From the human T2T-CHM13v2.0 reference genome, Homo sapiens: a stretch of DNA of 64,000 nt. Shown piece after piece: positions 1 through 11,446 of this stretch. Position 1 is the stretch's first letter. Every line of letters starts with the position of its first letter. The notes beneath the pieces were generated by a model, which worked only from the letters and a program-made list of their open reading frames with translations, made no database searches and had not been told where the DNA came from. A program made the position numbers and the translations under genes. The stretch lies in assembly GCF_009914755.1 (NCBI RefSeq), contig NC_060926.1; one strand, written 5' to 3'.

Positions 1-413
1 TCCAAAAATTAAATTCCGGCCCTCAAACTCCACAACAGGACTTCATTAACCTCGCCTTCAAGGTGTACAATAATAGAAAAAAGTTGCAATTCCTTGCCTC
101 CACTGTGAGACAAACCCCAGCCATATCTCCAGCACACAAGAACTTCCAAACACCTGAACTGCAGCAGCCAGGTGTTCCTCCAGGCCTGCCACCCCCAGAA
201 GCTTGCTACAAGTGCCAGAAATCTGGTCACCAGGCCAAGGAATGCCCGCAGCCCGGGATTCCTCCTAAGCCGCGTCCCATCTGTGTGGGACCCCATTGAA
301 AATTGGACTGTTCAGCTCACCTGGCAGGCACTCCCAGAGCCCCAGGGACTCTGGCCCAAGGCTCTCTGACTGACTCCTTCCCAAATCTTCTCTGCTTAGC
401 AGCTGAAGACTGA
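1..413 (+). pseudogene. gag: HERV-H gag C-terminus (nucleocapsid zinc knuckles)
   Basis: ORF 63-299 has an intact CCHC knuckle CYKCQKSGHQAKEC; the second knuckle is broken (RPICVGPH*); gag/pro TGA at about 411-413. Confidence 0.9.
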
Positions 414-453
414 CACTGCCCAATCGCCTCGGAAGCCTATAGGACCATCACAG

Positions 454-760
454 ATGCTCTGGGTAACTCTCACAGTGGAGGGTAAGTCCATCCCCTTCTT
501 AATCAATGCGGAGGCCACCCACTCCACATTACCTTATTTTCAAGGGCCTGTTTCCCTTGCCTCCATAACTGTTGTAGGTATTGACAGCCAGGCTTCTAAA
601 CCTCTTAAAACTCCCCAACTCTGGCGCCAACTTAGACAATACTCTTTTAAGCACTCCTTTTTAGTTATCCCCACCTGCCCAGTTCCCTTATTAGGCTGAG
701 ACACTTTAACTAAATTATCTGCTTCCCTGACTATTCCTGGGCTACAGCCACACCTCATTG
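454..760 (+). pseudogene. pro: HERV-H aspartic protease, inactive
   Basis: VTLTVEGKSIPFLINAEATHSTL: retroviral D(T/S)GA motif degenerated to NAEA; PVPLLG* corresponds to the LLGRD flap-end motif with a stop. Confidence 0.85.
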
Positions 761-799
761 CCACCTTTTCCCCCAGTTCAAAGCCTCCTTCACATACTC

Positions 800-3201
800 C
801 TCTTGTATCCCCCCCACCTTAACCCACAAGTATAGGACACCTCTACTCCCTCCTTGGCCACTGATCATGCACCCCTTACCATCTCATTAAAACCTAATCA
901 CCCTTACCCCACTCAACGTCAATATCCCATCCCGCAGCACGCTTTAAAAAGATTAAAGCCTGTTATCACTTGCCTGCTACAGCATGGCCTTTTAAAGCCT
1001 ATCAACTCTCCTTACAATTCCCCCGTTTTACCTGTCCTAAAACCAGACAAGCCTTACAAGTTAGTTCAGGATCTGCGCCTTATCAACCAAATTGTTTTGC
1101 CTATCCACCCTGTGGTGCCAAACCCATATACTCTCCTATCCTCAATACCTGCCTCTACAACCCATTATTCTGTTCTGGATCTCAAACATGCTTTCTTTAC
1201 TATTCCTTTGCACCCTTAATCCCAGCCTCTCTTCGCTTTCACTTGGACTGACCCTGACACCCATCAAGCTCAGCAAATTACCTAGGCTGTACTGCCGCAA
1301 AGCTTCACAGACAGCCCCCATTACTTCAGTCAAGCCCAAATTTCTTCCTCATCTGTTACCTATCTCGGCATAATTCTCATAAAAACACACGTGCTTTCCC
1401 TGCCAATCATGTCCGACCGATCTCTCAAACCCCAGCACCTTCTACAAAACAACTCCTTTCCTTCCTAGGCATGGTTAGCATGGTCAGAATTCTTACACAA
1501 GAGCCAGGACCACACCCTGTAGCCTTTCTGTCCAAACAACTTAACCTTACTGTTTTAGCCTAGCCCTCATGTCTGCGTGCAGCAGCTGCCACTGCTTTAA
1601 TACTTTTAGAGGCCCTCAAAATCACAAACTGTACTCAACTCACTCTCTATAGTTCTCATAACTTCCAAAATCTATTTTCTTCCTCATACCTGACGCATAT
1701 GCTTTCTGCTTCCCGGCTCCTTCAGCTATACTCACTCTTTGTTGAGTCTCCCACAATTACCATTTTTCCTGGCCCGGACTTCAATCCGGCCTCCCACATT
1801 ATTCCGGATACCACACCTGACCCTCATGACTGCATCTCTGTGAACCACCTGACGTTCACCCCATTTCCCCACATTTCCTTCTTCTCTGTTTCTCACCCTG
1901 ATCACACTTGGTTTATTGATGGCAGTTCCACCAGGCCTAATTGCCACTCACCAGCAAAGGCAGGCTATGCTATAGTATCTTCCACATCTATCATTGAGGC
2001 TACCACTCTGCCCCCCTCCACTACCTCTCAGCAAGCCGAACTAGTTGCCTTAACTCAAGCCCTCACTCTTGCAAAAGGACTACACATCAATATCTATACT
2101 GATTCTAAATAGGCCTTTCATATTCTGCACCACCATGCGGTCATATGGGCTGAAAGAGGTTTTCTCACTGCACAAGGGTCCTCCATCATTAATGCCTCTT
2201 TAATAAAAACTCTACTCAAGGCCGCTTTACTTCCAAAGGAAGCTGGGGTCATTCACTGCAAGGGGCATCAAAAGGCGTCAGATCCCATTGCTCTAGGCAA
2301 CGCTTATGCTGATAAGGTGGCAAGACAAGCAGCTAGCTCTCCAACTTCTGTCCCTCACATCCAGTTTTTTCTCCTTCACATCAGTCACTCCCACCTACTC
2401 CCCTGCTGAAACTTCCACCTATCAATCTCTTCCCACACAAGGCAAATGGTTCTTAGACCAAGGAAAATATCTCCTTCCAGCCTCACAGGCCCATTCTATT
2501 CTGTCGTCATTTCATAACCTCTTCCATGTAGGTTACAAGCTGCTAGCCCGTCTCTTAGAACCTCTCATTTCCTTTCCATCATGGAAATCTATCCTCGAGG
2601 AGATCATTTCTCAGTGTTCCATCTGCTATTCTACTACCCCTCATGGATTGTTCAGGCCTCCTCCCTTTCTACACATCAAGCTCGAGGATTTGTCCCTGCC
2701 CAGGACTGGCAAATTGACTTTACTCACATGCCTCGAGTCAGAAAACTAAAATATCTCTTAGTCTGGGTAGACACTTTCAATGGATGGGTAGAGGCCTTTC
2801 CTACAGGGTCTGAGAAGGCCACCACAGTCATTTCTTCCCTTCTGTCAGACATAATTCCTCAGTTTAGCCTTCCCACCTCTATACAGTCTGATAACAGACC
2901 AGCCTTTATTAGTCAAATCAGCCAAGCATTTTTTCAGGCTCTTAGTATTCAGGGAAACCTTTATATACCTTACAGTCCTCAGTCTTCAGGAAAAGTAAAA
3001 CAGACTAATGGTCTTTTAAAAACACACCTCACCAAGCTCAGCCACCAACTTAAAAAGGACTGGACAATACTTTTACCACTTTCGCTTCTCAGAATTCAGG
3101 CCTGTCCTCAGAATGCTACAAGGTACAGCCCATTTAAGCTCCTGTATAGACGCTCCTTTTTATTAGGCCCCAGTCTCATTCCAGACACCAGACCGACTTA
3201 G
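800..3201 (+). pseudogene. pol: HERV-H pol (RT-RNase H-integrase), fragmented and internally deleted
   Basis: RT: QYPI, SPYNSP, LVQDLR, YSVLDLKHAFF; no YxDD; RNase H: WFIDGSS, SQQAELVAL, NIYTDS; IN: H..H..CSIC, WQIDFTH, IQSDN, PQSSGKVK (catalytic E changed to K); multiple stops and frameshifts. Confidence 0.95.
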
Positions 3202-3627
3202 ACTGTGCCCCAAAAAACTTGTCAACCCTAGTATCTTCTGTCTAGTCATACTCCTATTCACCGTTCTCAACTACTCAAACATGCCCTACTCTTGTTTACA
3301 CTGCCAGTTTACACTGTTTCTACAAGCCATCACAGCTGATATCTCCTGGTGCTATCCCCAAACCGCCACTCTTAACTCTTGAAGTAAATAAATAATCTTT
3401 GCTGGCAGGACTATGCTGAATCTCCTTAGGCACTCTCTAATCAGATGTCCTGGGTCCTCCCAATTCTTAGACCTTTTATACCTGTTTTTCTGCTTCTCTT
3501 ATTCCATTTAGTTTTTCAATTTATACAAAACCGTATCCAGGCCATCACCAATAATTCTACACGACAAATGTTTCTTCTAACAACCCCACAATATCACCCC
3601 TTACCACAAAATCTTCCTTCAGCTTAA
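3202..3627 (+). pseudogene. env: HERV-H env remnant (mostly deleted; TM/cytoplasmic tail remains)
   Basis: ORF 3445-3627 SWVLPILRPFIPVFLLLLF..FIQNRIQAI resembles a gammaretroviral TM membrane anchor and tail; only ~0.4 kb lies between IN and this segment's end. Confidence 0.8.
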
Positions 3628-3790
3628 TCTCTCCCACTCTAGGTTCCCACGCCGCCCCTAATCCCGCTCAAAGCAGCCCTGAGAAACATCACCCATTCTC
3701 TCTCTCCATACCACCCCCCGAAAATTTTCGCCGCCCCCACACTTCAACACTATTTTGTTTATTTTTCTTATTAATATAAGAAGGCAGGAA

Positions 3791-4240
3791 TGTCAGGCCT
3801 CTGAGCCCAAGCCAAGCCATCGCATCCCCTGTGACTTGCACGTATATGCCCAGATGGCCTGAAGTAACTGAAGAATCACAAAAGAAGTGAAAATGCCCTG
3901 CCCCGCCTTAACTGATGACATTCCACCAAAAAAGAAGTGTAAATGGCCGGTCCTTGCCTTAAGTGATGACATTACCTTGTGAAAGTCTTTTTCCTGGCTC
4001 ATCCTGGCTCAAAAAGCTCCCCCACTGAGCACCTTGCGACCCCCACTCCTGCCCACCAGAGAACAAACCCCCTTTGACTGTAATTTTCCTTTACCTGCCC
4101 AAATCTTATAAAACGGCCCCACCCCTATCTCCCTTCTCTGACTCTCTTTTCGGACTCAGCCCGCTTGCACCCAGGTGAAATAAACAGCCATGTTGCTCAC
4201 ACAAAGCCTGTTTGGTCTCTTCACACGGACGTGCATGAAA
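3791..4240 (+). promoter_or_regulatory. LTR7 (3' LTR of HERV-H, LTR7up-like architecture)
   Basis: 450 bp TGTCAGG...GCATGAAA; duplicated U3 blocks (AAAAGAAGTG...CCTTAA.TGATGACATT); TATAAAA 4107-4113; KLF-type GGCCCCACCC ~4115-4124; AATAAA 4179-4184; probable right TSD CTTAT 4241-4245. Confidence 0.95.
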
Positions 4241-4829
4241 CTTATTAATTACTAAAGATAAATAAGTGAAGTAACACTAGATTCATTTTAACCTGAATTA
4301 ATACAAATAAGGTGAAATGCATGGCCTACTGATTGTCTATAAGGAGCAAACCTATAAAATATCAAGTATTGTCACTGCTTGAATATGCAAATGAAAGCTG
4401 TGAATAATAATCACGTGGTCAGGGAGAGAAATAAGTTTAAAGATATTAATAAATCTAGAGCACTTTCACATTATGTCAATGTAGTTAAAAGGATGAAAAG
4501 AAAATGTTTATCTTCCAGGTGGCAATTAAGTATTTATGAGAAATTCTGGTATCCAAATTGACAGGCAACTAAGTGAAATAAATTGACTAACAAAGCATAA
4601 AAGTGAAAAAAATACAGGTCGTCATTGGAACAAGTTGGTTAAATATGACTGAATTAATGAGTTTTAATAAATCCACATACTATAGATTTTCTACTAATTG
4701 GAAACCTAACAAAATTAAATATGTATGACATTTAAAAATTATTTTTCAGAACTACTTTGGAACTGTTAAATTTAGAGGAAACTTTCCTAATAGATATAAA
4801 ATATATAGTGAAAGAGCCAGCAATTTTTA

Positions 4830-5125
4830 AAAATTTTACCATTTTATTAGTTTTTAAGTACACAGTTCTAAGACTGTATGCATTTACATTATTGTACAAT
4901 CATTATTACCATCCATCTCCAGAAATTTATCATCTTCCCTAACTGAAACTCTGTTACCCCTTAAATACTAACTCTCTATCCCACCTTCCCCACTCCCTGC
5001 CCAGTTCCTGACAACCACCATTCTGCTTTTCATCTCTGAGATTTTGACCATTCAGGGAATCTTACGTAAGAAGAATCATAGAATATTTGTCCTTATGTAA
5101 CTGGCTTATTTCACTTGGCATAACA
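4830..5125 (-). mobile_element. Old L1 (L1MA/L1MB) 3' UTR fragment
   Basis: ccatctccagaa..tcatcttccctaactgaaactctg and ctggcttatttcactt are typical L1M 3' UTR antisense motifs. Confidence 0.75.
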
Positions 5126-7841
5126 TCTGCAATTAGGATATTATTTTAGAGCAAGAGTTTTAAGCTGGAGTCTATAGAGCCAGCTATATTTGTTTTACTA
5201 GGTTGATCTACTTTAATGATATTTAAATGTCTATTTGAATGCTTCAACTAATGAGCATTTTGTGATGAGCAGAATATCCTGGAAATTTACTAGATTCTTA
5301 AAGGTGTGTATGTAGCCAAATATTAAAAATGTCTGATTTTGAGGTTGCATACTAAATGAATCTGATATTAAGATAAAATACAACTAAAAAATGTTAAAAC
5401 CTGAGAAGAAACTCAATAAAAATAAAATAAATGATTACATTGATAATTGGAAAAATAAAAGTCTAACAAAGTTAAAGGAAAATACATGTTAGCACAATGT
5501 AGGCTTTATTAAGGATTCTACTGTCCTGCTCTGAAGTAGGACAAAATTTTCTAAGGCATTATATTAGAGTTACAGAGAATTCAGTTTGGGAACAAGAGTT
5601 TGAAACTTTTGAAAGAAATGCAACATTTTTTTCCAACTGTGTAGTTTAAAATAAGTATGGAAAATAAATTGATTCGATTTATTTTCTTTAAAGGAGCATC
5701 AGAAAAAATAAATAGCATGTTTTAGTAACAAGTGAAAATATAGCCAATAAATTACAAAATTTTAAAAAATCATTTTGACAATTATTTTATTATTAAATAG
5801 TAGATGGGTTTTGAATTAAGACAAAGGCAAACATATCACAGAGTTGAAATTAGAGAAATTTTTAAATGACATAGTTCATTGTCTATCTTCTAGCGCTTTG
5901 AAAACTTCCTTTAAAATAAGTCAATCGCGCAAGTTTTATTATTGCTGTCCAAAATACACTTATCAATTATTCCTCAAGAATACCCCCAGGCCAAATTCTA
6001 AGGACCTGCAGTTTCTACCTCTCTAGGGGAAAAAGTGACACTGATGCTATGACCTTAATATCTTAAAACAGAGACCACTTCTTATATAAAACAGGATAGG
6101 TAGTAAGCCCACATGCATATGGTGTAATTTCAGGAGGTCATTTTTAGAGCCCACTCACCTTCATATTTCAGTTTTCTCGAACATAATACTTCCACATTAA
6201 AGATTGCTATATGAAATTCCATAATTAGCAATAGATCCGATGACATGACTTATCTGTCTCCCTTCGTATCAGCAACAAAACTTGTGTGCAAGCAACAGAA
6301 CTGTCTCTGATTTTCTTAAGAAAGGAAAGATAATATCTATTGGAAATATGTACAGTTGATAATATAGGAGATAACCAGACATGGAAAATTGGCCAACATT
6401 AAGGTAGTTTTAAAATGTTTAAGGAGCACAAAACTTTTTATTTAGGAAAAAAATCAGTAATTTTTTAGCCTGGATATCACATCAATGGTTGTAGCTTCTG
6501 CTTCTGAACACTACCATTGAGACTCCACCAGTGGATTCTAACTAGTCTTTATCGTGGCCTCCCAGAAAGAAGCATTAGACAAGGCTAATTCATGTACTTA
6601 AGCTCCTATCTCTAAGACCTAAGAGAGAAGTGGGATTTGTCTACACTGATAGCAAAAAGTAGAAATTCCTTTTTATCAGTCAGTGAATAGTGAGCAAAAG
6701 AGGATTGACTCTAGACATTTCAGATAAAATACTATTTAAGACAGGAATTTAGGCACTTAGAAAACCACAGAACAGCATGAAATGACAAAGTCATGGGGGA
6801 ACTGCCTCCAGCTTTCAGATTTACTTCCATCCCTGAGGCTCTCAGGATGTACCTGACATTAGTCAGGAGTTACAGTTGCCTGTAGTATTGGGATAGGTAA
6901 TTTGCGGCGGAATTCTTACATGATGTTCCTAAAGCAATCTCTGCTGAAGCCCGTTATTGACCTGCCATTGCTGGAAGAGGAAAAGAGCTTCTGATTGCTT
7001 TCAACTTTCCCAATTTTGTGTAATGTCTCATTGTTTGACTATAGGGAAAAATCATTTAGGAAAGGATTCTGGAAAATATAGTTCCCAAATTTCCAGCCCT
7101 TGTGATAAATGGGGGACCCTAGAAGAGGAAGAAGGTATACTTGAGTGCAAATGGCAATGTGGCACACTTTCAAACTGTCAAAACACATAATTGGGAATTT
7201 CCTGACACAGAAGTGGAAGTTACATATTAGCGAAGCCCACAAATGGCAAAATGACTTAGCACTAATAAAATTCAGTATATTCTGAGAAATATATAATTTA
7301 TTAAATTATTTCTCAAAACAAATACTGCATTAACAAAAATAAGGTAAAATTACTAGGATGTGGAGGGTCAGGGAGCAGTCATGTCCATTGGAGAAGCAAT
7401 GATAGTGTAAATAGAGACTAGAACTTCAAAAGACACATTTCTCCTACTTGACAATTCTGCAGAGAGTTGGGGTTATATACAGGGATTCAGCAGCAGGTAA
7501 TCCTTGATGCTTACTGTTTCAGGCCAACTTGTGTGTGTGATGGAGTGTAAAACTACCCATTCAAACTAGGTCATGTAAAAATGGGGTTGGATAAATAGAG
7601 AGAGAGAGAGAGATGTATATATAATATTTTCTGGACACATGGTCATTAGTATATAGTGGAAATTTTTCATACACTAACATGTCTATTGAACATATGGTTA
7701 GACATAAACTGCAGCACATATTAATATATGAGACCTTTTATATTAGAAATGTTCAGTAGCAATATGATTGCTACATCCAAAGATAGCTAGAAAAGAATCA
7801 ACAAAAATGTTAACACTCTATCTCTGATCTGATTTTTATAA

Positions 7842-8089
<248 letters not shown>

Positions 8090-8274
8090 CTTTTTTCTTT
8101 TTATTTTATTGACATGTGACTTCCTAATAGCTTGTCAAAAAATGTACCAAGTTATTTCTTCGTGATTACTTTAAGTCAGTATGTCATAGCATGTGAATCT
8201 TCATCATCATAGAGAAGAATGCAACTCTAACTCTTCTTGACTCTTTTTATGTATCGTATTTGGTGAGACAATGG

Positions 8275-8510
8275 AGTTTGGTATTTAAAAGTGTTGGCTC
8301 TAGAATTAGACTCTCTGATTCCCAATGCTGCTTCATCACTTATTAGTGGTGTAACCATAGGAAACTTACTTCAAATCACTAGGATTAATTTTTTTCATTT
8401 ACAGATTAAAGTTAAAAATAATAACCATCTCAAAGTATTATTGTTAGAATAAAACTATATAACATTTAAACACAGTGAACAGTACACATTATACAATGTT
8501 AGCAATTAGT
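8275..8510 (+). mobile_element. MIR SINE
   Basis: Degenerate MIR core (ggctctagaattagac..cacttattagtggtgtaacc..aataataaccatctc..ttgttagaataaa). Confidence 0.65.
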
Positions 8511-8969
8511 ATAATTACTAATGTCTTCAAGGAGAACATAGTCACATCCACTTCTATGATAAACTTTAAAACAAATGATGCTAGAAAGATCCTATCAAAA
8601 TTATACCCTAGTATTTAGTAATAACTCTGAGATTTTATAATTTTGATCTTGAGAATTTAGTATTTTCAAAGTTAGATTAAAAACAAATTTAGTTTAAAAA
8701 CTGTGTTTGAATCAAATTAAAATTTATGTTTAGTCAACAAATTAGAGCAGCTTTTTGTAAAAACAATAGCCTAATAATCAATGTTCATCCGGTTAAAAAA
8801 ATTATAGTACATTCCAACACTGGAACAAAATGCAGGCTTAAAAATAAATAAGAATTTTTTTTACATACTAATATACAACAATCTGTAGGATACACTATTA
8901 TGTGAAAAATGCTGGGTTCAAGAGAGTATATTTAGTATTCTATCAGTTATATAAAAATGGAAATAAAAC

Positions 8970-8971
<2 letters not shown>

Positions 8972-9006
<35 letters not shown>
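8972..9006. repeat. (TG)n microsatellite
   Basis: About 17 perfect TG units. Confidence 0.98.
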
Positions 9007-9008
<2 letters not shown>

Positions 9009-11446
9009 TTGCCAGTAAAAATTAAAACTGGTTGCTGGCAGAAAGGGACTTGGGTGGTTGAAAGAAAGAGGTGGCAAGAATACTTTCCGTTTCTTATATT
9101 TGTGTATCTTATATTTGTGTATATATATATATACAATCCGTGTATGTAAATATACATATAAATTCAGAAGACAAACAAGTACATACACACACATGCACAC
9201 ACACATACAAATAAAATACGATTAAAAAATAAGAGTAACAATGGGGTGTTTAAAGAAAGTCTAATAGAGGTGTATGCTAAGAGAAATAAAGAGGTGGGCT
9301 AAACCAGAAGTGTCAAGGGTTCAGACATAAACCAGCCCAAGCTCCATTATTTCAAGGTCATTTTATTATAATTACTGTTCTTTCTTTGATTCATCCTTTC
9401 AATACTAAACACATCCTTTCAAACAAACAAACAAAAAAATGCACTGCTCTTTGGCCCTCTACACATTTCTCACATCCACATCAGGCCTCCTGAGTTGCTG
9501 CAAATTTCACTGTAAGCTCATCGAATGGAGAAACCATCTTGGTCATCTACATCAGCCTGGCACGTGATAAGCAGTAAAGATTTGATGAATGAATCAGCGA
9601 AAAAAGACAGCTACATTCCAGAACTTGATCCAGAATTGATCTCCTTGTTGCCATTTTATGGGATATGATACATTTATGAGGTAAAAAATATTCTAATATA
9701 AAACGGTGTTCTTTCACCATTTTGTATTTTGTGACTTTCATTTATAACGTACATTTTTTTTGTCAGGTAACATGAGTCTTTTTTCTTTTTTCTTCTCTAC
9801 ATAAATTTTGTTGCTACTTTAATAACTATTGTTCATGATCAATTGTGTTACTTTGCAAAGTATCTAAATTTTAATCTATTAACTCAATTGGACATTTATT
9901 ACTTTAGAGTAAAACATTTTCAAGATGAAACACTGCTATTTCTTTCTAGCTTCTAACTCCTAAATCTTTTTGTAATTTCATAAAAATACAACCTAAAATC
10001 ACAAATTAAAAGGCCAGATTTTCTTGTTTCTTGAGAACTTGCCAAATTAGTTTTATAATAGTTATAAGCATAGATGGTCCAGTCCTCCTTTATTGAGTTA
10101 ATGAAAATGCTGTAGAAGCAATCACTCAGTGAGATGAAAACAAACAATTTTATTTTAAGAGGTAATTTTATTTCCACCCTCATTGGCATTTAGCAAAATT
10201 TTCTTGAATAAATCACTACAAAAAGACACCAAAGTATTTCACAGAGCCTTTGTAGGTACTGAGCATCAAACATTTCATCTTATATTTCCTCTTAAATTGA
10301 AATTAAGCAATCATAAATGTAACAAAAATTTTGTTATTTATTAACCTATAATATCAAGTTGCAGGTGTTCTCAAAATGAGATAACTAAGGTCATCTGTTT
10401 AATTTCTGTGATATCATACTATCCACATACTATGGTTAGATTTAACTGAATTACTGATTAAGTGAACTTTGCATTTATCTCTAAAATTAAATTCTCAAGT
10501 ACTTGTGTTTAAATTTGCAAATTCCAATTTCTCCTAAATATATTCATTTCTTATTTCACTATAACAAGTTTAAGCTTTAAAAAGACAGGTTTATTTTAAG
10601 AGAATTAATCCCAACAATTAAAAACTAAAAACAGCTTTCAATTTGCTTTTCAGCTGCTAAATAAATTAGGGAAATACAAAGTGGTCATCCCTCAAACACA
10701 AAGGTAAAGAAAGAAGCAATTATGAAGATAAATTACTTAAGTTATTTTTCTTAAATCAGATTCTTTTCTCTTAAATAGGTTTTTGGGCTAATACCCATAA
10801 ATTTATCCTTATTTTTCTCTGAAAAGAATAATCATCCAGACTTTATCTTTTACTCACACATTTAGAAATCCAATTTACCCCAAAATGAAGCATTAACATA
10901 TTTTTCAAAGAAATGTTCACAAGAGTTCTTAGTGTGACTTATTAGCATAATCCCCACCTGCTTATACCATTAGGCAGTTCAGTAGCAAGTGATACAAGTC
11001 TATGTCAGGTTAAAAGAATTTCATGATTCATAGTACCTCAAAAGCATTAGGATCTATGTATGAAGCTCTTTATAAACCTGGCCTTAATGGTTAATTTATT
11101 CTCAGATTTCTGGAGAGCATATCGCTGTCTAAAAAATGTGTAACCACATTTATTGCTCCACATACTTTCTCATGATTTGTCATATTAACTTTCTACCTCC
11201 AAATATCATCCTTCACACATTTCCTGTTGCCAGTGCTGCCACAGATATGAATGTCACTTGGAAGTACAGAATTTATTTTCACTCCAGATACATCTGTTTC
11301 CACCATATTAGAAGTGACTCAGTTTTTAATTAGTTGGAATTTATAAGTGAATTTTTCAAATGTAAGGGGATGAACAAGGTTTTCCAATTATTAACTTCAC
11401 AAACTTTAACTTTTTCTCAAAATCCCATAATCAGAAAACCACTAGT

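Larger units (their letters stand above)
1..4240 (+). mobile_element. HERV-H endogenous retrovirus, 3' part (gag end-pro-pol-env remnant-3' LTR7); 5' end lies outside the window
   Basis: Gammaretrovirus-like gag zinc knuckle, protease, RT, RNase H and integrase motifs in order on + strand; polypurine tract AAGAAGGCAGGAA (3778-3790) then LTR starting TGTCAGGCCTCTGAGCCCAAGC, the characteristic LTR7 start. Confidence 0.97.

Noticed and set aside
8918-9206. HT/YI-repeat proteins (also 41276-41562)
   Set aside because: Translations of dinucleotide microsatellites
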